Shown here piece by piece: positions 1 through 12,792 of a stretch of DNA of 64,000 bases. The notes beneath the pieces were generated by a model. That model did not search any database. It was not told the DNA's origin and saw only the letters and a program-made list of their open reading frames with translations. The stretch's first letter is position 1; the number at the start of each line of letters is the position of its first letter. Source of the DNA: Callorhinchus milii (lineage: Eukaryota); the NCBI RefSeq assembly GCF_018977255.1, contig NW_024704749.1, positions 14,260,001-14,324,000 on the forward strand. The letters are read 5' to 3'. The position numbers and the translations under genes were made by a program.

Positions 1-193
1 GGAACAACCCTCTCATTATTCCAGTCATGCACGACCTCAGCCAGCCCTTCTACAGGACCAGAGCCATCCTAATTACCTTCCATTCACAAAACGTCGCAAT
101 CTCTGGGGTGGCCATGCGCTCCTTCCACAACTTTGACCCCGTCACAATTAGCAGCTGCCAAAGCAGTGAGATGTACAGCCCCGCAGAGCAGAG
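1..193 (+). CDS. PAPPA: PAPPA (pappalysin-1) internal coding exon, 5'-truncated by the window edge; end of central region
   Basis: Frame from nt 3 reads NNPLIIPVMHDLSQPFYRTRAILITFHSQNVAISGVAMRSFHNFDPVTISSCQSSEMYSPAEQ(S), matching human PAPP-A NNPLIIPVVHDLSQPFY...FDPVTLSSCQRGETYSPAEQS (recalled). Donor AG|GTGAG at 194, phase 2. Confidence 0.96.
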
Positions 194-358
194 GTGAGCC
201 CCCGATTCCACCTTTCACCTTTCCACTGGTCAGTCGTTTCGCCAGATGAAATAACGATGGCGGTCACCTCTAACATTAAAGGCCCAACATGTCGGAAATT
301 CCTCGTCCGTCAACGGTTTACACTTAAAGCAAGACTTGTGTTCTTTTCCCCACCCCCG

Positions 359-508
359 TAATAATAATTAATAATCCTTGCATTTGATACGGCGCCTTAA
401 CACGTCTTTGCGACGTCTCAAACCGCTTCACGGAATTACACTGTAAGATGGAATGACCGTGTGTTTTGTGGGCAGCCAATTGCGCCCGGCAGCGTCCTGC
501 CAATAGTT
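359..508 (-). mobile_element. SINE 3' fragment
   Basis: (ATA)n-ATCCTTGCATTTGATACGGCGCCTT...GCAGCCAATTGCGC. Confidence 0.85.
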
Positions 509-1084
509 GAAGGCACGTCACCTCGAAGCCAGCTCAGACCCAGGGAGATGCCCTAGTTATGGACGCTAGGTGCACACTAGCCAAAGTCGCATCTAGTTAC
601 TGGGAAAGCAAAGGTTATAGACAGTGTAGATAGTGAAACCTTAGATTTATTGATAAAACACACGGGTGAAGCATAGGCTTGAAAGCTGCGAAATAGCAAA
701 AAGTTGTTGTGTTTTTTTTTTACGAGCTATTAGGTACTTGTATTTCCATCTCATTAGTTAGAGTACCGTTATCTACTCCAGGCCCAGATATTTATAGTCA
801 CCAAGTGTTAAAAAAATCTATAAGCCTTCGGTTTAAATTCAGCTGATAAGAGTGTTTTCGCATGAACCGGGCGCCAAGGTGCAGCGTGGTAGACAGCGAA
901 GAGGGCGCCAAGCAGAAATGGGGCATTGATACTTCCCACTCCGATGGCATTGGAGCTCTTAATGGACCCAGTGGGGGAGGGGGGGAGGGAGGGAGGGAGG
1001 AGGAGGGGGGCTGGGGGCAGTTTAACTCAGACTGGGAAGCGATGCAGCCAACTCAGCCAGAGACCGATCCCTGCAAACGTGCGA

Positions 1085-1210
1085 CTCAGTTCCGCGACAC
1101 TTAATTCGCCTACAGAACGCACAGTCGCTACACTTTGCGGTACACCTTGCGAAGCGCTTTGAAGCGCCCTCTTGTCCTGAAAGGCGTTACGTCAAAATGC
1201 AAGGATTATT
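1085..1210 (+). mobile_element. SINE 3' fragment, diverged
   Basis: ACAGTCGCTACACTTTGC...GAAGCGCTTTGA...TGAAAGGCGTTAC...AATGCAAGGATTATT. Confidence 0.7.
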
Positions 1211-1647
1211 CTAACACCGCATCGTCGGACCCCAAAAATATTTATTCCACCGGAATAACAAGAACGTTTTTTTTTTAAAAAAAACGCTATCTTTTTTTTA
1301 AAACCGATCTCTTTAACTTCAATAAAGACGCTGATTCCAACATGGAACAGCTTGTGACGAACGGACTGTTTCCATACCCTAACTTCTGTGTAAATTTCGT
1401 TAAAAAATCTGCTTTTGGATTTTTGGTAAAGTGGGTGCCTTTTGTTATTTCCTGTGAATACCTTTGGGTATTTTCTGAAGGGAAAGAAGTGGACTTGCCC
1501 ACAGGATGCCAAATGCTTTGGCCAGGCACCCTCTCTGTTTGGCGACGTTCACTGTCAAGTCTGATCCCGGGAGGTCGAAATCCTTGTTACAAAGTCCTGT
1601 ATTACAAGAGCCACAGTTATTTTACTCTCTTGTCCTGCCCCACCCAC

Positions 1648-1720
1648 TCGAAACACGGCAGCCGATTGCGCACATCAGTGTCCCACAAGCATTCGTGGAT
1701 TGAGTGACCAAATTGTTATT
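1648..1720 (-). mobile_element. SINE body fragment
   Basis: CGGCAGCCGATTGCGCACATCAGTGTCCCACAAGCATTCGTGGATTGAGTGACCAAATT. Confidence 0.75.
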
Positions 1721-1797
1721 CTTTTTGAAAAGAAATTATTGCGAATATAACGCAGGTTCGATTCTATAAATTCTTTCTGTTCCCTCCCTCCCTCCAG

Positions 1798-1966
1798 CTG
1801 CGTCCACTACTCCTGTCAAGCCACAGAGTGTCAAGAGTTGAACCTTAAACACGCAGAGCTGAACTGTACGGGTAGCGGGCATTATAACAGCGATCAGTGT
1901 ACGTTGACCTGCCATCGAGGTTACATGCTGCACAGCCGAAGAGATGAGGACGCTTCCAAATGGCAG
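1798..1966 (+). CDS. PAPPA: PAPPA exon, CCP1 (sushi) N-terminal part
   Basis: Polypyrimidine tract + CAG acceptor at 1797; (S)CVHYSCQATECQELNLKHAELNCTGSGHYNSDQCTLTCHRGYMLHSRRDEDASKWQ; donor CAG|GTCTGT. 169 nt, phase 2 to 0. Confidence 0.95.
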
Positions 1967-2177
1967 GTCTGTTTGCACTCTTCATGTATTGGCGTTGCGG
2001 CCCCCCAAAAAAACAATCAGATCGATTTACCAGATCAGGTAAATTTCCAGACTTTTACTCGCGTGGGTTTTTCCCCTTTGGAATTAATAATTAACTCGTG
2101 TCACGATAAGGGTCTGTGATTTTGCAGATAAGTTCTCTTGCAAACCGAGGTCCTTAAGTTTACCAATGGTTTGAGAA

Positions 2178-2309
2178 TCGCCAACAAAATATACCGTCAG
2201 TTGACTTTACAGTATATCCTGTGAAGCGCTTTGAGACGTCTCAAAGACCTGGTAAGACGCCATATTAAATCCCAGGATTATTATTATTATTATCATCATC
2301 ATCATCATC
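2178..2309 (+). mobile_element. SINE 3' fragment with (TTA)n(TCA)n tail
   Basis: CTTTACAGTATATCCTGTGAAGCGCTTTGAGACGTCTC...GGATTATTATTATT. Confidence 0.85.
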
Positions 2310-2951
2310 GCCAGTTAACAGTATAACTCAGCCTTCCAACCCAGCTCTACATCAAGGGGATTAGAGTCCTGCCAGCATTTCAAATCATGCTTGATTTTAC
2401 TATATCTTCCCCAGACAAAGCTCGACACATTAAATGACTGGAGTATTGGCAACACTTGTGCCACAGACTTCTGGATTTGGCACCGGTGATCCTAAATAAG
2501 ATATTGTTGTTTACGCCTGCTGTAAAGGAGTTGTACCAAAATGATACCCACGCCACACATCACCGCTAGTGTCGCTCCATGTTCCTGCACTATTTTTGAA
2601 GGGAAAAAATCATCTAAAACTCAGTTTTGAAAAAGAACAGAAAACGTAGGGAATGTTCGTTCGCTCAGGCAGAACTCTGACAGGAAAGAGTTTCTGGGTA
2701 GGTTTTTGGTACAGTTGACTAATCTTCCATCACACCGTTTGCTCATGTGTTAGTCACAGACAAACTGGATTCTGCTTTCAAAATCCCAGTCATTAACAGT
2801 GTAACATCCCCCATTCTGTGTGTAAAACTTAAGACAGTCCAACATGGAGATGCTACAAATTAGAATCCGTACACTTCAAATACCCGTTTAAACGCTAGCT
2901 GCCTAATTTGCCACATTTCCTAACACTTTCATTTTTATGATATGATATCAT

Positions 2952-3361
2952 TACAAAAATAATCCATATGTTGTGGTATAGTAACTTTCATGTTGGCAGG
3001 ACATCTCAAAAGGCTTCACAGATGATGTTGTAAAGTGAAGCGACGGTGTATTTTCTTAGTGGACAAATGTGATAGCCGATTTACACACAGCAATGTTCCT
3101 GAAACAGACACCGAGTGAGTGACTCATTTTATTTGGGGGATTGTTGGCCAGGACAGAGACAGAGAGAGAGAAACTCCCTTCTCTATTCGAGTAGCATCAC
3201 GGGATCTTTAAAGTCCAACTGGAAAAGGCAGACGGGACCTTGGTTTAATGTCTCATCCAAATGATGTCACCTCCGACAATGAGGTGCTCTGAATTGGAGT
3301 GTCAGCCTGTAGGCAATAATGAGCATCAAGTCTTGATGGGGGGGCTTGAACCCACAACCTT
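2952..3361 (-). mobile_element. Deu-SINE, diverged
   Basis: GTTGGCCAGGACA, GGGATCTTTAAAGTCCA, TTGGTTTAATGTCTCATCC and GGGCTTGAACCCACAACCTT occur in the family order. Confidence 0.8.
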
Positions 3362-4303
3362 ATCACATTCAAAACCGTAATGAAATAGTGAACATTATTT
3401 GCGACAGTTCGTGCAGCAAAAAAATCAATGTATTGATTGATTTCAATGCTTATATTGTTACCTAAATTGGTCACTCGCTTCCTGGTGAACATTGCTACGT
3501 GCAAACAGGCTGCCGTCAGAGAAAAAAATAATGTACGGGAAAGCCAGTGAGCTGGAATCTGTCAAACGGCAGCTTGAGGAAAGCGTAAACACAAGTAAAG
3601 TAATCACAAACAAGGACTGCCCCCTCAAGGGGCAGGTTTGCGGAGAAGCAATCTTAGCTACTGTCAATTAAAGTTAATGTATTCAAAGGCTTTTAAACCC
3701 AGAGGAACAGAAAATATGAATTAGTGATTTCCAGAAGACATTACCATTCAGAGCCAACCAGCCATATCAAGTGCCGACTGTACCTAATTAAGACCAATGT
3801 TTTGGTGTTGGCCACAACCTCCCCACAGGAGGCTCTTTTTATTTTGAGTTGGAACTGAGCATGTGCGAGGCATGCGCGTGTGAGCTCTGTGTTAAGAGAA
3901 CCGAGTACTTTAGCTGGAAGAAAACATTGGTCCAAGACCATAGCAATTTCCTTGTAGATACTCCGGGGAAAACCTGTGGGGAGGGGGCGGCAAGCAAAAT
4001 AGTAATCAACTCTCAGTGACTCGAATCACAATCTACTTCATCTCTCTCTCACACACACACAGACACACACACAGAAAGTTAAAATTGCATAAATATATTG
4101 TTGGGAAGGTGGCATTTTTTTTTGTCTCTCGGTTAAGCACGACCCCTTGTTTAATTTTTTTGTTTTAATTTTTTTTTAAATCCGAATGTGATCTCTTAAA
4201 ACAGATCAGTTCAGTTCCTGGGACAATGTGCTCTGTACACTCTCTGACCTACCAAAGAGATTTTTTTTGTGTATTTACCACAGCGCAGTGTTAATACAAG
4301 TTT

Positions 4304-4583
4304 ATAATAATAATAATCCTTGGACTGGGAGCAACATCTCTCACATAAGGAGAATGTCTTTGAAGAGCTGCACAGGATACACAGTCAAGTGTAGTGACCG
4401 TGTTTATTGTAGGTGAACAATTTTCGGTTTTAATGCCTAATGCCTTGCCTGAAATGACAGCACCTCCGACAAGGCAGCGTTCTCCCAGCACGGCATTGGA
4501 GTGTCAGCCCGGACGGACTATCAAAGTCCCGACGTGAGGCTCGAGTCCACAGGTGTCTGACTGAGAGCGCTACAGACTGAAGC
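4304..4583 (-). mobile_element. Deu-SINE, internally deleted and diverged
   Basis: Tail remnant plus GACAGCACCTCCGACA...GGAGTGTCAGCC and head remnant. Confidence 0.65.
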
Positions 4584-5719
4584 TGGCAGACTACAGCAAA
4601 TTACATTTGCTAAAGCCTTTCACTTCGGGAAACACATCAAGTGATAACCCTTCCCTCAGCCATGCAGTCTGTGCCATGGGGCAGGATCGGGGTGGTGGGG
4701 GCGAGCAGGAATGCAAGCCATGGCCTCCGCCTGCACCCTTGTCTCAGAAGCTCGCAGGGAGCAAGAGAGCCCAGAACTAAAGATCCAGCGTTAGTATTTG
4801 TGGTTGTAAATAGTATTTATTCCTGAATGGAGATGAAGGAGCTGGAGTTGAGCCATACAATCACAACCATCTCGTCTAGACTTTGTACTTTGCAGAGCAT
4901 GAAACTTGCAACTTGTGCCTTTGTGGAGAATATGAATCAAAGCGTCATTTCCGCAGTTTGGGGAAGAGGGAGAGAGAGGGAAATGGCACACAGCAGTCAT
5001 CCCATAGAACCTGACTAGAAAAATTGGTTATACAGTGAATTGGTTTCCATAAACTTTCACGATTTATGGAGCCCTTCAACACTTCATAAAGCCTTTACTG
5101 GCAGGGAGAGCTCTTTAAATCAGGACAAAATAAGCTAAAAAGAAGCAAGGTCTATTATGGCTTTCAAAAAAAGTGTTATTTTTTTGGTCAACCGTGGTTT
5201 GACACACACAGAACCCCATCGCTAGGCTTCAGAGTATTCAAACTAGATTGAATTCTACCTGTGCATGGAAATTTCCCTGTGTTTGGAATGACGTGCAATT
5301 CACTCCACCACCCACCCCCACCTCTCCCACCTAACTCCAGAAGGTATTCCTGCACCGGTGGGAGAGTACCAAGGCTTGGGAACTCCCAAAGTGTGTGTTG
5401 GGGTACCTCAGGCTTTTAACCGGCTAAGACCCTACGTCTTCCCATTGTGAACACTGTCTGACCAGCTTCCCTTTGCTTGTGTGACGAGGACCACCGTACC
5501 TTTAAAGTGCATTGAGCCACAGTGTTAAGAGGAGCCGAGTGCAAAGAGTCCCAGAACAAGTTAGATTGCACACCAAAGGTTTTGGGGACGCAGAGCGCTT
5601 CATCATAATTGGAGCCGAGTCGATGATGTAACACAAAAGGGCGTGAGATTCACACTTAAAAAAAAGTGATGATTTCCCACCTATTATGTTATCAGTTTTA
5701 TCTGGAGAATGGGTGATTG

Positions 5720-5900
5720 CACTTTCTCCTCTGAGTTAGAAGCTCATGGTTTCAAACCTCATACGTCCCTTTTGTTGTGTTGTTGTTCATGGCTGTTTGT
5801 GGGACATTGCTGTCTGCAATTGGGATCCTGTGGGACTTTCAGACATCCTCCTGATGTGAAAGGCGCTATATCAAATGCAGTGGCTATTATTATTATTGAT
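5720..5900 (+). mobile_element. Deu-SINE, internally deleted
   Basis: Head CTCTGAGTTAGAAG, TTCATGGCTGTTTGTGGGACATTGCTG, tail GTGAAAGGCGCTATATCAAATGCA. Confidence 0.75.
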
Positions 5901-6419
5901 AATGAGAGAAAGAAGGAATTATTTTTGTGACCTTGATTTTCAGGTCTGGCTGGCTTCATGTATTTGAGCCTCGATTATTTCACAGCAGTTCAATTCATGT
6001 GAGATGCAATTTGTGGGAGAGATACCATCAGTGCTATCGAATTTCTCCCATCATTAAGAAAACCGCAGTCTGCCACAGTGGCAAAATTGTTTCCAGAATA
6101 AATAACCAAATACTGGGGTGAATACCGGCCCAAGTCAAAACATTGTTAGGAAAACTGCTCAGATCTGTCATTTTCAAAGAAAAATTCTCACAACAATAAG
6201 CAATGGTTTCGGGCCAGTGAGCAGGACAGCGTACTTGGAAACGGACTTAGCAATGTTAAGGATAATAACATTTCCTCCCTGAGTCACATATTACGGCCGA
6301 TCTTGGTAGGAAAAGCAACAATTACGATGCACCACGTGGGTCTGAAATGGCACTGATTAATTGCATCAAATCGATGGCAACCACCTCCAAATCTGCACTT
6401 TTTAACTCTTGGAGGGTTT

Positions 6420-6815
6420 GCCACCGAGGTTGCGGGTTCAAACCCCACCTCGGAACTTTGTGCCTTTGTGGAGTCTACACAGTCGAGGCGAATGCACCCC
6501 CGCATTGCTTTGCCAGAGGTGCTGTCGTTCAGACGAGACTTTAAACCGAGGCTTTGTCTGTTTGTTTAAGTGGACGTTAAAGATCCCATGGCCCTGTTCG
6601 AAAAAAGAGAATTTCTCCAGGTGTCCTGGTCAACAATCCACAGATACAATTGGTCATTCACTGCATGGCTGTTTGTGGGGCATGGTTCTGTACAAGACTG
6701 GGCTGGCAGATTGGCCCACAGATATATAGCCACAACACTTCACAGTAAAATCTTGTGACGTGATTTGAGGTATCTCAGTGACATGATAAGACGCTATATT
6801 GAATGCAGGGATTCT
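6420..6815 (+). mobile_element. Deu-SINE
   Basis: GGGTTCAAACCCCAC head remnant; GAGACTTTAAACCGAGG; GTGGACGTTAAAGATCCCATGGC; GGCTGTTTGTGGG; tail GATAAGACGCTATATTGAATGCAGG. Confidence 0.82.
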
Positions 6816-9800
6816 GTATGCTGTATTTATGATTAAAATTGGCAGGGAGAAAAAGTGAAGCATCACCAGTCAATTAAAAAAAACTCTGGTGATTTATAGC
6901 TTGGTTTTCTTGAAAAGTTCAATCAATGGGCACGTGAATATTTTCAAGTGAAAGATTAAAGAGGACTCGTTTTTAACAGCGACGGAGTAAAAATCCAGAC
7001 GCGTGAGTGTCCCACAGGGAAAAAGTAAAAAAAAAAAAATTGCTTTGAAACCTCCCTCTTAAAAGAAGAAAAAAAAACACGTTTAAATAAGTAAAAGCAA
7101 CGGCTTATTAAGAACGGATTAAGTAATCTGGGAGGAAACGGCGGTAAAACAGGAATAAAAAGGGGAGAGAGAGCGCGGCTCAGTGCAGAGACCCGCAAGC
7201 TGTTTGTTTGTAACCATAACCACAGCCTGTTTTCCCCCGTGCTTTCATTTAGATTGTTAGTGCTCCTGTAACTCATCACAATTAATTAAAGCCAACCGCC
7301 CCGCAATACTAAGCAGGCTGCAGTGTTTTACAATACTCCCTTGGCTTCGTGGAAGAAGCACTGTTACTGTTGCTTTCTCAGACGCTTTCTCGTTGGTTCC
7401 TTTAATTACGAAGTGCGGCGATTTTTGCCTGTGTTGACCTCAGGGACGAGGTTAGTTACCTTTAACCTTTGCATTCGAAGCCCCCCCCGCCCCCGCCTCC
7501 CTCTAACACGGTTGCTAATGCTTGTCGCGTGCGGGGAAACGTACGAGTTGGGAGTGGGTCAGGAGGGTTGCGGTACAGAGAAGCGCAGTAACGCTGTTAG
7601 ATTTCCGAGGCTGTATCCCAATTGTTATTGTGCGACGCTCATGTTGAATCGGTTTCTCGCGGTTTCTGGCAGTATCTCCCCCTGCAGATTTTGAGTTTGG
7701 GAGACCTTCCCCTGTAAATAAGTGGCATTAAAACGGGGCAGAGCAGCAGATGCCCCTCGCAAAAGGGAGGTTGCAGATACGAATCATTAGAGCGCAATAA
7801 AAGTTGAATTATCAAAGAAACAGCCCTCGATCTCTTTAAGCACCGTCCCTCCTCCCACCCCGACCATACGCCACTCAGTCAGACGAGGCACCGGTTCTAA
7901 TAAGTTGTTGCAGTGCTTTACAGTCTGCTGCAGATGTGGAATCTGCTGTTCGTTGGCATTAGGGTTCTTTGAAGGTAGAGATGCAGAGCAGGAAACATCA
8001 GATGTTGTAACAGCCTTCAGGAACAGGGGTGAAATTTGCGGCGCTTTACAGTGCATTCCTGCCGATAAGCACGGCGGAGATTTACACGCAGTGACATGAG
8101 GATCGCAAGGAATGTCTCAGGAATACAGTGCAGTTTGCACTTAAACAGCGTCTTTCACGTCAGGAGGATGGGGGTGGGAGGGGTGGGTGGGGGTTAGGCG
8201 GGGGCCTGCGGGGAGGTGGGGTGGGGGGCGGAGGGAAAGATGACAGAGGGGTTTGTTTCACCACACAGTGCTGGGCGGGAGCAAGGATTCATATCCCACT
8301 TGCACCAAATTGGTTTCAAGGGAATTGGTTGAAGGACGCAATCCGGAAACTATTTTGGGTGCTAAGTAACAATAATGGTAGGACATTGAGGAAATGGTGG
8401 GAGGTGGGTGGGCTGGGGGAGGGGAGGTGGTTGGAGGGGGGAAGAGTAGGGAATTAGGATGGGGTTGATTTGCTTCATTGCAGGAGTAAGGGATGAAGTT
8501 AACACAATAGGTGGGACAAGTCGCTTGTGCACCGTAGGTTTCCCAGGTTCTGTGGAGTTAATTCTTCTCAATATATTTTTATCTTTTAAAAAAGGAAGAT
8601 CAGAGTTGAAAATGTACTCTTAATGTGCAAAATATATACCCTCCTCTCCTCCCCGCCACACACCACACCGCCCTCCCCACCTCCACACCACACCGCCCCC
8701 CCCCACACCACACCACTATCACGACTGACAGAGGGGGAAGCAAACCTTCAGGATTGATGGTGTAACGCTTACATCTGTGTTGCAGCAGTGCAAACATTCT
8801 GCTTCCAACAAAACCCCAAACCCCCTCCCCCCACCCCTCTGAACGTGAATCAATATCACATTGCCTGCCCCTAAATCGCTTCTGCGCTCTCACATTTCCG
8901 TACCAAGTCAACACTGCAACTGCAGTGTAAAGGATGGGGTGTTAAATCAACCAAATTGATCACCTTGGGGACCACCCGTGAGGGGAGAGGAGGGGAGAGA
9001 GGGTCTGGAGGAGCGGGGTGGGGAGGCGCTCCATAGACTCGAGGACATTCCATTTCTTGTCACTTTATGAAAACTTTTTTTTTTTCGCTTCCATTCTTCC
9101 ATTGATCTTCAGGGAGCGGTTGGCTCGCTTTGTATCTCCAGAAGATTGTTAGCGGGGGGTGTGTGGGGGGGAATAAAGGGGAATGGAGAGAGGGAGCGGG
9201 GGTGTTGGTGATGGGGAAATAACCTCAGCTCAAGCTAAAGACAACACGCTGTTTTCATAAATTGGTTAAACCCCTGCGGTCACTCTCTTCTCTCTCTCAA
9301 GAGTTTTTTTTTTTTTTTGCTCGGTTTGAAAGCAAAGTTGATCGTTTCGACCCAGCGAGAGAGCGCGAGAGCGCGAGAGGGAAATAAAAAAGCAGGAATA
9401 ACAATTTTTAGGAATTCCAGTGTCCTGACTTGACCCGAGCAGAACATGAAAGTGCAGCAGGAGGGAAGGCAAGGGGAGGAGAGGAGGGGGGACGTTAGAG
9501 GGGGAACCAGAGGGAAACTGGGGAGCTTGCCCAACTCCTGTCATTGAAAGAAACCCTTGATAATTTTTAAACAAGACCATTTGTTGGAGCATTCTACCTG
9601 AAGATTTATAATTGAAATAATATGCTTGCGTAAAACATGTATTGAACAACATTTTTCTTTCCCCCCCCCCACCCCCTCTGTCTTTCCGTTCCCTCTCCTC
9701 TCCTCGCCTTGTTGACCAGGGATGTACGAGTGTAAGAATGTCCCCTCTTAATTTGTTTGTGGACTTTTCACAGATAAAAATTAAACCTGTTTTTCCCTCC

Positions 9801-9838
9801 CCTCCTCTCACTCCCCTTCCCTCCCTCTCTTTTTGCCC

Positions 9839-9845
<7 letters not shown>

Positions 9846-9875
<30 letters not shown>
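9846..9875. repeat. (CA)n microsatellite
   Basis: Direct reading. Confidence 0.95.
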
Positions 9876-9878
<3 letters not shown>

Positions 9879-12163
9879 CGCACGCTTTGCTTATTTGAGC
9901 GAAATTCTCAGAAAGTACAACATTGTAAACTGTGTTATATAATTGCGTTGGCCTCGTGTCAGGCTCACTTCCCCGTGTAAACAGAGCTCTCCGGCTCCTG
10001 TGCCATCCTGTGCAACCTTCAGCTTCAACAGGGGAGGCTGTCTCCGAGCTGGTGGAAAACAACCACTCAAACACTTATATTCCAGAGCACTTATGAAGGA
10101 AAAATAACCCATTCTTCCAAGAAAGCACCCATGATGTTTCTTATGATTTTTATGACTCGTGTGGTGATATTTATTGTTTGTGTTTTTTTTCCTTCCTTCG
10201 TTGGTTACCTTCAGTCGTGATCTAATTTGGTTTTTTAAAAGGAATCGCACCCAATGGGGAGGGAAGGAGGGAGGTTGGGAGGGGAGTCAGAGGGTTGCAG
10301 AAGGGGCAAAACGTGGAGCGAGGCAGTCGTGGTTAAACAGAATTGTGCAAGTGAGGACTTTCTAACGGTCCTCTGCGGCTTCCAAAGCGTTTCGCAGGTA
10401 GTTGCCGCAAGTGTAGTGACTTGATGTTTTTTTATTTTCAGAATCAACCGGGTCACGGTGGTGGTGGGGGGTGGGGGAGGAGGAGGTAGTGGGAGTGGAA
10501 GAGGGGGAAAAAGAAATCAAAGCTCATGAGGGTCCCAGGTGAGTGGCTCAATGCGGTTCGGTCAATCGAGTATTCAACCAGCCTCAGGTCTGCCCATTCT
10601 GTTGGACGTTTAAAAAAAGTTCCCACGGTATTATTAGAAGGGAGAATGGGGAGCATTCCCTATATCTCTTGCCAATATTTGTCCTTGATCTAACACTCCC
10701 CTCCTGTCCCCCAAAAAACCTGTCCTGCACGTTGGATGTATCATGATAAGGCGCTATGTCAAATGCAAGGATGGTTATTACCTGACCAACAATTTATATT
10801 TATATAGCGCCCCGCCATGCAGGAGGGGAGAGTCCCAGAGCGCTTTGTGTTTGAGCGACACTGACTCAGTGCAGCTGCCAGCAATAGCCAGCGGTGGCTA
10901 CTCTCCAAAGCAACTCGTTGCACACACATTGTGCGCGATCGTAGCCCTGGGGTTGGGGGTGTGTGGACGAGACCCCCCCACCTCCCAGCTCATTGGTGTC
11001 AACATCAGAGGAAAGGTAGAGAGCAGGCTGCCCCTTTCTGCATCGCCCTCCATTGAGTGGGCCTGAGTGTGTGGGGGTGGGGGGCGTGTTACTTCTCTCC
11101 CTTCTATTGAGATCTGGGCAGCAGACCAGACAATAATACAGGGCTAGGGGTGGTGGTGGTGGTAGGGGTGGGGGGGGAGGGCGGGGGAGTGAGGAAAGGG
11201 GGTGCGGAACAGGGGGCTGAGGACGAAAAATAATAAAAAATGGGGGTTCATAACCTCTGAATGAAAATAAAGAACATCTGTGTTTAATTAGAGACACAGT
11301 AGCCAGTGGTAGTTAAAAAGTACTTGAAGTGGAATACAGCTGTCAATTTTTAGAGGGAAGGAAACTCCAAGAATGGGATCGCCCCAGTCTTTAAGCAGAG
11401 AGTAGCCCGGCCGAGGAGAGTTTGATAAATCAGATAGCCGTGACCCGAGACAGCCCTGATACCCAGAGTAAGGCCGTGCCCTGATCAGAGCCTACATGTG
11501 TCAGGGAGGCAACTGATGGACTTAACCGGAGCTATTTAAGAAGCAAAACATTATTGTCGTCAGATCTGTGCTGACTTTGCTCTCACCCCAAATGGTAGCT
11601 TGTTCAAATAGCATTGGTTGATGATGTATGGCACATAGCAGGGTTTGAAGGGAGGGCCTCGTGCGTGTGTATGTGGTCTAAATGGTGAGGGTGGTGAGAC
11701 AGGTCAAACAACGCTAATTGCTACTATTCAAAGTCTCCTTATTCCTGTTTGCTTATCAATGAATGGTGATTCCCCCCGATGAGAGTATCAAGGAAACGGA
11801 AATGAAAGGGATTCTGTGTACGGTGTAGCATTGAGAAAAAGGTTAAATATACAGTGATAACTGGATTAGCCCAGGATACTGCAATGATCATCTTGTTTTC
11901 GTGTATCGCTTTACCCAGAGGATAACTCACAATTTGAACTGTTTGTCAGGAAGGGTGGGTGGGTGGGTGGGTGAGGAACTTGGGCGTTGTGATGGGAATG
12001 GGAGTCGGTGGTGGGGGGGAAGCTGGCATTCTGGAAGGATGAGATCAAATGAGCTGAAGGGTCTTCTTCATCTGAATCTTAAGTGATCTCGTGAAACGAT
12101 CACCTTAAACCATCGCTCCCACACAAATGAGGTTTCCCAGCCATTACTTCCAATGAAGTTGGT

Positions 12164-12198
<35 letters not shown>

Positions 12199-12792
12199 TT
12201 TGATGTTAAAGCTAGCTATAAATTCACTCTCTGTTATTTTTTGTTGTTGGAAATGTTCCTGCAAAGCTCCACTCCCTATTGAAAACAAATAGAATCAGAT
12301 GCAGAAACACCCAGATCTGAAAGGGAAAACACGCCTGCTAATTTTAGCAATTTCCTTCTCAATGTCTGGATTTGCTGCCCGTAATGTCAGCGTTGCTGAC
12401 AATGGGTGTTCATGTTTGTTTGGAAACCTGGTCCGAAGTGAGTGTCTCGTTTTAGCGCAGCGATTAGGGTGGACTTTCCTCTCGAAGCTACAGCCCAGAC
12501 GCTGTGAGCAAAGCCAATCTGAACGGGATTTTTAAAAAATACAATGTTATCGCAGAGGTGGCTGGACAGTTGGTTCGTCAACAACAGTTTGGGACCTAAA
12601 TCTGGAACTCAAACCCTCCTCTTGCTGCATGGCTCACCCTGCTCTGAAGGTGCCCGTCAGCTGCGATACAAAGAACCTTAGAAAGACCTTACTGATCGTG
12701 GCGGTGTCAAGGGGCGGACGTCCCTGCCAAAGCAGGGGACAAAACAGAGGGTGAGACAGGCAGCCTATCTTGTTCATAGTAATCCTTGCTTT

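Noticed and set aside
1648-2309. Apparent inversion: SINE 5' part on - at 1648-1720 and its continuation on + at 2178
   Set aside because: An inversion would flip the intact, correctly oriented PAPPA exon between them; two independent fragments are more parsimonious.
5030-5420. Possible second hAT MITE or 5S-derived fragment
   Set aside because: I could not find matching TIRs, a TSD or a convincing 5S alignment.
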